From: Paraspadella gotoi
Taxonomy: Eukaryota > Animalia > Chaetognatha
Assembly (NCBI GenBank): GCA_051294375.1
Contig: JBJCIZ010000660.1
Location: 1-21,658 of the forward strand
Direction of reading: 5' to 3'
DNA: 21,658 nucleotides
The translations under genes were made by a program, and so were the position numbers. Shown piece after piece: positions 10,331 to 19,818 of this stretch; position 1 is the stretch's first letter, and the number at the start of each line of letters is the position of its first letter. Below the pieces are notes generated by a model, which saw only the letters and a program-made list of their open reading frames with translations, did no database searches and had not been told where the DNA came from.

Positions 10331-10789
10331 CCCTCGAGCTCGGTGACGATAATGTTGACTTCCAACGAATAGGCTCACTTTTAAGTCTTTTACTCTATAC
10401 CTCACCTAAAACCACCAAGCGACCATCTTTCTCTCTTCTTTTCACCCGACTCGAATTGTGATCTTCGTCGCGCTTCACCTTCGTTTTACTCTACATTTCA
10501 CACATCATCGATTCACGTTAAGTGAACATTTATCTCTTGTCACCCCCCAGCCGGCTCCACCTCAAACCACTCTCTCACCAAACTCCTGACCACCTCCTCT
10601 TCCGCCTCGCTCTCCCTCTCGAGATCGTTCGGCTGATTCCCCGAGTTCAAATCAACGCGCAACGCGTCGTCGACTCCGTCATCCGCCGACGTCGTCGTCG
10701 TCGTCGTCGTCACCGCCGGCCGGTCAGCCACGCCACTGGGAGAAGGGAGAGAGAGAGAGAGAGAGGAGAGAAGGGAGAGAGAGAGAAGA

Positions 10790-10830
<41 letters not shown>

Positions 10831-11528
10831 AAAACAAAACATAAAAAGCGCCGGCGTCGAAAAGGTTTTTGTCTTTTTTCCGAAAAGGAGGCGTTTTCCA
10901 AGCAGCGGCCGTCGTCGTCGTCGTCTCCGTCGTACGTCGCCGTATCCGTTTTCTAAGCGTCGTCCTTCTTTGACGTCGCCGACGCTAATGAAAGGAGAAA
11001 AAAAAAGGGAAAAGGAGAAATAAATGGGAATGAGAAAAAGGAGGAGGAAGAGGAGGAGAAAGTTGAAGGTAGTGAGAAAAAAAGGGAAGCAAAGAAAAGA
11101 GAAAAGTAACATAGAAAAGAAATAAAAGGTGCAGTCGTCAAAGAAGAGAGAAACAAAGGGGGAAAAGATAAAAATAAAAATAAATTTAAGTCGTTTAATG
11201 CAAGAATCTTTCAAAAAGTCAAGACAGGAAGTACATATAACTTAATAAGTAAAAAAATAGAATCATGCGGTACAATAGCGATTACAATATGATTAAAATA
11301 ATATTCTTCATATAGATAAACATTTTTATTTCATTTTAAAATATATGTTTTTTCCGATTTTTCTTCAAAAGTCCTTCTTTCATCTCTCACGCAAAAAATA
11401 AAACAACAAAATTCATAGATAAAATAGAACAGTAATATCATTGATTATTCTTCAATAAATCTTTAATAAATCTAAATCTTTTCAACAAATCTTCTTTCTT
11501 TCCTCATTTTTTTCCTCCGACTCCAAAG

Positions 11529-11617
11529 TCTTTGGACGGATCGCTTCGGCCTGGCCAACGATGGTCGATGTCTTTACGTCTCCGAAACAGTCTCCAATCT
11601 ACCTCGGTCTCTCCCAG
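11529..11617 (+). CDS. trh: trh PAS-A exon
   Basis: AAG acceptor, GTAAGT donor; corrected reading SLDG(F)AFGLANDGRCLYVSETVSIYLGLSQ (~30 codons). Confidence 0.95.
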
Positions 11618-11715
11618 GTAAGTGAACGAGGTGAAGAGCAACCCCTAAATGATTCCCCACAAACAACACCTCAGAACCCCCCCCTCAAATCCCCACAAAC
11701 CTCCTCTACCCCAAG

Positions 11716-12018
11716 GTGAGATGACCGGCAGCAGCATCTTCGACACATCCACATCAGACCAACTTGAAGTCGCCGATCACTCGGCATCTCGATGGCGCCA
11801 GAATCGACCCAACAGCGGAGCCACCGCGGCGCCTCTCCTCGAGACGGCGCCGCCAACGCCACTTCCGGCGGCGGCGAGCGGGTCGAACGTCTTCGTCGAC
11901 AAACGACGACGATGACGCACGACGAAGTCGAAGACAGAATGAGAGAATGTTTCCTGTTTAAGGATGAAGTTCGACGCTGACCAAACGGGGAGTCCACGTC
12001 AAGTCGTCCGGTTACAGG
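11716..12018 (+). CDS. trh: trh PAS-A core, low-complexity insert and end of PAS-A
   Basis: Corrected reading VEMTGSSIFD..H..DQLEVADHLGI ... ERMFxLRMKSTLTKRGVHVKSSGYR, then GT. Confidence 0.93.
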
Positions 12019-12052
12019 GTAGTAAAGAAGATTAGGAGTCGGATAGAGAGAT

Positions 12053-12086
12053 AGAAAGAAAGAAAGAAAGAAAGAAAAGAAAGAAA

Positions 12087-12122
<36 letters not shown>

Positions 12123-12205
12123 CTAGACAGAAAGATAGAAGAAAAAGAAAGAAAGAAAGAACAAAGAAAGAAAGAAAGAAAGAAAGAAAAAAGAAAGAAA
12201 GATAT
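12053..12205. repeat. (AGAA)n microsatellite
   Basis: Seen directly. Confidence 0.95.
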
Positions 12206-12312
12206 AAAGAAAATCGAAATAATAGAAACGGTCCTCGTATCTAATCCCCACCCCTTACCCGATCTCCACCCCTTACCCTCTACCCCACCCTACCGGCCCG
12301 CGCCCCCCAAAG

Positions 12313-12350
12313 GTCGTTCAAGTCATCGGTCGTATCTCCGACCTCAATAA
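12313..12350 (+). CDS. trh: Short trh exon (VVQVIGR..)
   Basis: AAAG acceptor; VVQVIGR matches the strand after GY(R/K) in NPAS3/Trh. No clean donor visible. Confidence 0.65.
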
Positions 12351-12406
12351 ATTAGCGTTTTTTTTTTTTTTTTTTTGTTATTTGCGTTTTTTTTTTTTGT
12401 TCCCAG

Positions 12407-12553
12407 TCAACCGCAAACACCCCCCTCCCTCATGGGCCTCGGTCGCCATCGCCGTCGCCCTCCCGCCTCCCTCTCATCAATGAGATCAGGATAGAGGCGA
12501 CATGTTCGTCAACGAGGCGGGGATGGACTTCAACATCACTTACTGCGAAGCAG
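12407..12553 (+). CDS. trh: trh exon: PAS-A/B linker and start of PAS-B
   Basis: Poly-T plus CCCAG acceptor; corrected reading LMGLVAIAVALPPPSINEIRIExDMFVTRxGMDFNITYCEA, then GTGA. Confidence 0.93.
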
Positions 12554-12886
12554 GTGAAAGGTGTTGGAAATGGGGATGGAACTTCAATCATCAACTTCAC
12601 GCGAAGCCAGGTGAGAAAGTTTTGATGGGATGGACTTCAACATCAAACTTACTGCGAAGCACCAGTGAGAAGGTTTGATGGGGATGGACTTCAACATCAG
12701 CATTACTGGCGAAGCAGGTTGAGAAAGTTTTGATGGGGATGGAAGTACAACATCAACTTACTGCGAAGCCCAGTGAGAAGGTTTGATGGGGGATGGAGTA
12801 CACATTTCGCTTACTGCAAGGCCATTTGAGAAGGTTTGATGGGGTTGAGTTCACATGCTATTTACTTACTGCGAAGGTCAGGTGAA
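12519..12886 (+). repeat. Minisatellite, 7 units of ~51-54 bp spanning the exon/intron boundary
   Basis: Consensus GGGGATGGACTTCAACATCACTTACTGCGAAGCCAG|GTGAGAAGGTTTGAT; units start ~12519, 12572, 12627, 12680, 12735, 12788, 12841. Confidence 0.95.
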
Positions 12887-13124
12887 AAACCAAAGATAGG
12901 GAAATTTTTCTCATGACAATGACAAAGAAGTGCTTGACCATATGCTTGCTCCGAGTCTAATAGTAAGAAATTGTTTTTAACTTTTTAGGAAAGCTTGAAT
13001 CTGTCAGTTGGCTATACTAGCTATACTAGAAAAGTTGAACGTTTGAAAGTTCATAGTATTTTTCATCACTTGACCTAAAAAAAAAAAACATTATTATTAT
13101 TGTTAATTTTCCAATTTCCTCTAG

Positions 13125-13233
13125 AGTCTCGAGTTGTCCCGATACCTACAGCGTCCAATTGGTCGAAAAAGTTTTTATTCACTGTCCACGCCGCAATGGA
13201 TCTCCAGAAATTGAAACAATGCGCACGCTGATC
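13125..13233 (+). CDS. trh: trh PAS-B exon
   Basis: CTAG acceptor, GTGAGT donor; approximately RVSEL..Y....L(V)xKSFYSLVHA.DLQKLKQxHADL. Confidence 0.82.
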
Positions 13234-13383
13234 GTGAGTGATAAATATTTCACAAAGTTCTAAATCTCTATTTTAGTCAAAAAATCAATTAAGTTAAATT
13301 CGCGTAATGCTGCGCGTTCTGAGTCATATATTAATTAGTATTTTTAAAAAGTTATGATAAATGCCTTTTTTTTTCTCCGACAG

Positions 13384-13541
13384 TGAATAAACAAAAGGCC
13401 AATGATGACGGACTACTTTCGTCTTGATGAACCAGAGCGGCGGCTTCCTGTGGGCGTCCCAGTCCATAGCTACATGCATCATCAAAACAGCAAAAAATGC
13501 GGAAGAAACTCAGCAATCATTTGTGTTAACCATGTGTTAAG
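13384..13541 (+). CDS. trh: trh PAC exon
   Basis: CAG acceptor; corrected reading INKGQxMTDYFRLMNQSGGFLWVQSIATCIINSKNAEELSIICVNHVLS. Confidence 0.93.
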
Positions 13542-13638
13542 TGGGTCGCTTTGGTCAGTTGGTCACTGGTCAGGGTCCACTAGTCAGTAATCAAGTCTGC
13601 GATTTGAACTTTTGCTGACATAAATGCAAACCATTAAA

Positions 13639-13862
13639 CTCTCTCTCTCTCTGTCTCTCGTCTCATTCTCTCTTCTCTCCATCTCTTCCTCTCTGTCTCT
13701 CTCTCTCTCAATCTCTCTCTCTCTCTTCAAAGATTCTGTGTTTTAGTAATTGCTTCAGCATTATAGACAAAAGGACCCATTAAGACGTACTCGATAATGT
13801 CCAGGTCAAGTGTAATCATATTCATTTCTATTTCTATTCTCTCTCTCTTCTCTCTCTTCTCT

Positions 13863-13899
<37 letters not shown>

Positions 13900-13925
13900 C
13901 CTCTCTCTCTCTCTCATTCTCTCTT
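13639..13925. repeat. Two (CT)n tracts (13639-13727, 13838-13925)
   Basis: Seen directly; each ends near an AG. Confidence 0.9.
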
Positions 13926-13928
13926 CAG

Positions 13929-14056
13929 TGGAGTGAAAGCACAGAGGCGTCGTGATGGACGTAATCAGATGAATCCTTCGCCCTCTGAAGGAGTCAGGTC
14001 TTTGACGCAAGGGATCGTGATCCTAAAAGACGCCACACCGATTCCGAATGCGGGAG
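13929..14056 (+). CDS. trh: trh post-PAC exon
   Basis: (CT)n plus TTCAG acceptor, GTAAT donor; approximately SGVEST.VVMDVxQM.. (compare Trh/NPAS3 E....MD..QL). Confidence 0.72.
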
Positions 14057-14058
14057 GT

Positions 14059-14256
14059 AATTGATTGATTGATTGATTGATTGATGATTGATTGATTGAT
14101 TGAATTGATTTATTGATTGATTGATCGATTGATTGATTGAATTGATTGATTGATAGATAGATACGATTGATCGATTGATCGATTGATCGATTAAGATCGA
14201 TTGATAGATTGATAGATTTGATAGATTGATTGATTAATTGATTGATTGATTGATTG
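14059..14256. repeat. (ATTG)n/(ATAG)n microsatellite starting at the donor; shorter tracts at ~14430-14456 and ~14645-14685
   Basis: Seen directly. Confidence 0.93.
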
Positions 14257-14465
14257 AATTTATTTTATTTTATTTCTTATTGTTTGAAATGATAGATAAA
14301 CTGATTGATTAATTAATTTCCCATATAAATCAACTAAAATCATTGATAATTGAACCAATTATTTTTAACTCTATTATTTGTTTTGGACTTTGTGATGAAT
14401 GTTTAAATGAGTTTGATTCGATTGGTCATTGGATTGATGATGATTGATTGATTGATTTTCCCCAG

Positions 14466-14609
14466 GCGACCCCGCCACAACATTTGGCTCGCCCAGCGTC
14501 GACGCTGACACGCGGCGTCGCCGCGTCGGTGCGGACGAGAATCGACTCGGGGGATTTTGGCGGCGGCGGCGACGGCGGCGGCGGCCAGATGCCAAGCGGG
14601 GATATCAGG
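14466..14609 (+). CDS. trh: Probable trh C-terminal low-complexity exon (Gly-rich)
   Basis: TTTTCCCCAG acceptor, GC-rich island, GT(G)GAGT donor; no family motif recognised. Confidence 0.55.
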
Positions 14610-15111
14610 GTGGAGTTCGGCGGCTTTCCGAGGGTCTGCTGGGTTATTGATTGATTGATTGATGATTGATTGATTATTGATTGATTTACTGTTTGTTTAA
14701 TTTATTTATTTAATTATTCATTTTTTAATTCTATTTATTATGGTATTATTTATTATTATATTACTTCATTGATAGGGAAAGCCAGTTACTGGAGTGAATA
14801 AATAAGACTGTGAGAGAGTCTTGATTGAAAGATTGCAGAAACCTGCTATGTTATATCTTGTGTGTGAATGGAGGCCTTAAACCACCAAAGCCCTTGTCAA
14901 AGTCAGGACAAAAGATCGCTTATTTATTAAATGAATGGATAAATTTTATATATTGGTTGTACCGATTTCATAATATAATATTTTCTTTCATTCTTTCTCT
15001 TCTTTTCAATTTTTTTATTTTAAATTTTTTTAAAAAGTATTTCTTATGTTTCCATAATCTACGTACTTATTAATATTAATAATTTTCAATCTCATCTTTT
15101 TTCCCTCTCAG

Positions 15112-15334
15112 ATCAAAACCAAAAAAACCCTTTGAAAAGTTGATGCAACGACGACGACGACGACGCAAACGAGCGGCGAAATTCTCGAGGAACGGATGAT
15201 TCGCCGAAGAAAGAGAGGAAGTGAGGGAAGAAGAGGAAGGAAAGAAAAGGGAGGAAAGAAAGACGACAACGACGAAATCATGATCAACCAAGGACTCTAC
15301 ATAAAAGCGACCAAAATGTGAGAGCATGAACAGG
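15112..15334 (+). CDS. trh: Probable trh charged low-complexity exon
   Basis: Polypyrimidine tract plus TCAG acceptor; purine/ACG-rich; donor at 15318 or ~15335. Confidence 0.45.
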
Positions 15335-15654
15335 GTTTTTTTTGTTTTTTATTTTTTTGTTTTTTTGTTAAATTTGTTAGCCCCTTCATGAAATTGGGTA
15401 GGAAACCCAATGCGGAAACGAAACGCTTCTTTGATTACCTATAGTATTTACGACGTGAATAGTGGCGAAATTCGATCAAGGACAAAATAACCAACTGACT
15501 TTTATTGAACGTAAACCTAATGAAGAATAAAAGGCATATCAGTAAATGAGCAAAAGATGTGGAATTGTGATAAAAAATGCATGAATTTAGCTAATTTTTT
15601 TAAAGAAAAGTATCAGAGGAAAGATTAAAAAATCAAAATTCTTTTGTTTTGTAG

Positions 15655-15779
15655 TTGAGGTTAAAGCCTCTGGTGACGCGACTGACACCTGAAGAATCTT
15701 TCCATCAAAATACGCTTCGCCGAACAAAAGGGGAAAACGAATCAGGAATTTCGGCCGCCAACAGATTTCCTGCGCCGCG
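15655..15779 (+). CDS. trh: Probable trh C-terminal exon
   Basis: TTTTGTAG acceptor, GC-richer block, GTAT donor. Confidence 0.45.
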
Positions 15780-15932
15780 GTATATTAAAAATGCGTATTC
15801 ATTCGTAAAAGTGGAATCAAATTAGAATTGAATTTGAACAGTAAATTAAGGAATATTTCAGTTATAGGCATTAATCATAAGTTCATAATTATGTATAGTA
15901 ATAGTTAAGCTATTATCTCGTTCTATATCCAG

Positions 15933-16109
15933 CTCAAAGCGAAACAACGCCTCGAAAAAACTTCGTCGTCGTCATCATCGACGTCGTCGTCGTCGTCGTC
16001 GTCGTCAACGTCGTCGTCAACGACTTCCTGAAAATGTCTCTTCATTTCCGGCGGAGATTTAAACGCCGACACGAGAAGCGAATCCAGGCCGCCTCTCTCC
16101 CGCCAGTAG
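15933..16109 (+). CDS. trh: Probable trh Ser-rich exon
   Basis: TCCAG acceptor, (TCG)n poly-Ser-like run, GTCAGT donor. Confidence 0.5.
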
Positions 16110-16530
16110 GTCAGTGGAGGTCTATGAAAGAGAATTTATGTCGAACAGTCGTGCGTGAATAACTGAATGGTCAATTAATAAGAGCAATTAGGATTTAATA
16201 GGATTGGGGAGTAAAGACTAAGAGAAAATCATTTCTCAAGTAGAATTTCATAATCTTAAATAGCACAATTCATTAAAACTTTGATCAATTCACGAAAACA
16301 CAATTTAGGGGTTAATTACTTATTAGATTTAGATTATATATTCTTATTTATTTAATTAGCGTTAATTACTTATTAACGCTATTATGAACCAAAACCTGTA
16401 GAGTAAATTCAAAAAACTCTCCAACGCTTGTCATAAACCAACCGATAATTGTCAACCTCCGGCGATATATTTATTCGCTAAAGCAAACCAAAATTGAACT
16501 CTAAAAATATTGAATTAAACCTTAACTTAG

Positions 16531-17884
16531 ATTCCATTTGAGCCACGCGATCACGGTTCCAGAAAGATGTTGAAGCGATTTATTGAGATCGTCATCTTCC
16601 TCGCAGGAACTTCTCCCATCGCTTCCAGCGTCGTCCCCCGACCGCTTCCCGACGCCGTCACGCCCTTCCTTCGCGTCCGCGCAACGCCGTCCAACATCAC
16701 GGCGCGGCCGAAGCCGAAATCGGCGCGAAATCTCTTGGGTAGACTGCCGGTGCGGCGATAGAGACAAACACGCTTTTCCGGCGCCTATTCAGTTGGGTTG
16801 GCGGTGTCGCCCGGCGTCGGCGGGCGCGTCGGTCGCACCGGCGACGTGAGGAATAGTCAACCATCTAGCGAGATCGACCGCACGGCAGGTGAAGCCGGGC
16901 CGGCGTCCTTACCGGCGTCGAGTCTCCTCATGGACCCTACTTTTACGCGGCCAACAGGAGAGAGGAGCGATCACTCTCGAACTCCCGGCGCACTTTTTAG
17001 GCGCCGGCGCGTCGGGTCCGAGAGCGTCAGAGATCAGCAAAAAAACAGCAGCGAAATCAGCGAGGCATCCCCGGCGAGTCGAGCCAACTTACGACCATTT
17101 CAGCGAGATCACACGCCGAACAAATATATGCTTAACGAGCCGACCTGGATCTGGATCACGAACGGCCCATGGCGATACTACCACCGGATCTTGACGCGAA
17201 AGAGAATCGTGCTCCGCCGCCGGCCGCCCGCGCCGCTCACTACGGCCGCAAAGCCAGCGAAACTGACAACAAGCCGGGTCCTCATCGAGCCAACGAGACG
17301 ACGAAGAATCCGAACTTTATACGTGCCGATGACGGCGTCGGCGGGCGACCGACCGCTTAACGCCAACGCCGTTAACCATCACCTCAAACAACCAACACCG
17401 CACCAGCAACAACATCACGGACTTCACTCCATCACCACAACATCACTATCGACGCCGTCTGGCGTCTACCTCTCTTCGACTCCACATGACGACCTGCCTT
17501 CCTCCGCTGTCGCGCAGGATAAACATCACTCATAATATCGCGCCCGCCACACTTACCAATCATCTCACCACCGGATCCGAAACATCTACCTTCATCATCT
17601 ACCATCAGATCAACAGCAACAACATCAACAACAACAACATCTTCACGGGCAACACCATCACCCTCCCTTCTTCCTCCTACTCACCTCTTCCCATTATTCT
17701 CCCGGCGCCAGCGGACCGTGCGGCGGCGAAGGCGTCTCTCACTTTCGCCAATATACGACCAATGAGTTCGACGCTGCACGTTGCGGAGTATAACAGCCCC
17801 GCTGGCGGGGGATTCGAGAGGGCGGCGGCAGCGAGTAAGACGCGCGCCGGAATCGAGAGCGTGGAAAATGGCGGAGGGTCATGA
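16531..17884 (+). CDS. trh: trh terminal coding exon (frameshifted across ORFs 16567, 16798, 17169, 17486)
   Basis: TTAG acceptor; Trh C-terminal motifs in the expected order with indels: KDVEA...RHLP (16563-16601), IQWVG (16787-16802), LPASSLLxxLYANRES (16909-16970), MTPPSSVSxQDK (17486-17523), PLP. Probable stop TGA at 17882-17884. Confidence 0.8.
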
Positions 17885-19229
17885 GAAGAATTAGATACTC
17901 TTGCCCGCGCCAGGATGGGGCAAGTGCGATAAAATCTCTTCGTCTCTTTTCTTTCTCCTTCGATCTCCCCTTGTTTTGCCGTCCTTCCCTCCTATTCTCT
18001 CCGTTAAATGTCTGTAAATGTTTCTCTGAAAATTGTTTTTTTTTATATGTTTTTTGACGTTCTCTTTTTTATTGTTTTATCTTCTAAACTCACGAGACGA
18101 GGGCTGGTGAGCTAATAATGTCCTTCCACGAGAAGAGAAATTAATTGTTTAAGAACTGAATTGTGTCTTTGTTAAATTAGGGTGACTCAAAATTTAGTGT
18201 TTCTTTTAATCTTAAAAACATGAACATTCAGTATTGGATGCCAACCTGTATCTGACAATTTTATTGAAAACCTTTCTCGAATAATTATTTGTACCATATC
18301 CTCATGATTCTAGTCTTAAAATATATTTGTAGGTGGGTACAACTCCCCATCCAAAAATGCCCTCGCCGTCGTCTTGTCTTTGGGTTATTATGTAAATTAT
18401 ATTTCGTGCATTTTAATTTGAGCATATTTGTAATTGTCCAACTGTTTCTTTTCCCCCTTTTAAAAAAATCAATCTACGAATACTCTTTTTCTTTGTGTCC
18501 TCTGCTAAATCTGTGTATCGCAATGTTAAACGACCTCATCACATTCAATAATTGGTATCTCATTGTCTACACGTACCTTCTTTAACATCACCTTCTATCG
18601 TAAACTTCTTTCCCTATTTTAAAAAAAAGCAATGTAAATTTATTTTTTCCTTTTTTTTCGCAATTAATAAGACAATTATTTAATTGTTTGTCTTATATAA
18701 GAATTATTCTAAGTTTTTTAGACAGACGAATTCATTAATCCTCTCTCTATTTATCTATTTAATGTTTATTAAAATTTTTTCACTTTAATTTTTCCCGCTT
18801 AATAAAAAAAACATGAATTTTTTAAAATAAACAAATTTAATTCTTGAAGTTTCGTTTTTTAAGGTGTTTGACTCAACACTTCTAAAATTTTTTTAAATTA
18901 AAATTAGCTATTAAAGCATTTAATTTTTACGAAGGTGAGTTGTGAAAGAGGAGATAAAGGAGGAAAAGTAGAAAGAAAAGACGACAAACAACGATCCGTG
19001 GCTAACATAAATACAGAAATGATAAAAATGATAGAAAAAGAACTATATTTTGGCAATTCGGCGGTCGTTCTTTTTTAAATAGATGCCATAGTCAACGTAA
19101 TTCAATCGGAATAATGTAATTTACGCCTTTTGCTTATCAATATCGCGTTAATCCTTCTTTTCGTTGTTTCATAGGTATAGACACGCAGAGCATAAGAATT
19201 TTGAATTTAACAACGATTTTTTATTAGTA

Positions 19230-19281
19230 GTTTTTGACATGTTCGGCTTGCCTATTTACTTCAAGCCTTCATTCACCATAT
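19230..19281 (-). ncRNA. Hammerhead-like motif (HHR4), degenerate core
   Basis: Minus strand: gTGAATGA-A-GGCTTG-loop-CAAGCC-GAA-CAT-GTC, then AATAAA; perfect 6-bp stem II. Confidence 0.6.
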
Positions 19282-19764
19282 ACATCAATTAATAAATTTT
19301 GTGTCAAAAGAAGAGGTGATAGAGAGAGAGAGAGAGAGGGTAAATATCTTCTTTTCCATATCTATATAGTGGTGAGACAGAATGTGGTCAGATGTGGGAC
19401 ACGGTTGAATGGTGAGGACCAGATTGAGTGAGTTTGTGACAAAGAAGGCACAAAAGTTGTTAAAAGAGAGAGAGAGAGAAGAGACGAAAGAGAGAGAGCA
19501 TGAGAGGAGAAAGAGAGCATGATGACGAGAAGCAGTATTGACCAAGAATCAACAGAATAAATAATAAGGTGAAAAGATCAACATTTTTTGCAATGTACAA
19601 ACAAAAAGAAAAGAGTTTGAAAAACTACACATCTGGAGGAATTTACATTTAAACTAGTGAATAAATAAGTAATTAGCTAAGGGATAGTTAAAGTGAAAAT
19701 GAAATAGAAAAGAAAGTAGTTTTTAGTTTTAGTTGTTTTGCAACAAAATTTATTATTGAATGTC

Positions 19765-19818
19765 ATATGCTGATGAAGGCTTAAGAAATGAAGCAAGAAC
19801 CGAAACATGTCAACTAAC
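19765..19818 (+). ncRNA. Type I minimal hammerhead motif (HHR5)
   Basis: CTGATGA (19770-19776)-AGGCTT..-CC-GAAA-CAT-GTC (19802-19811); AATAAA at 19820-19825. Core boxes are intact; stem I is not clearly paired. Confidence 0.72.

Noticed and set aside
12519-12886. CRISPR array
   Set aside because: Units are contiguous tandem copies with no unique spacers, derived from a eukaryotic exon/intron junction; no cas genes.
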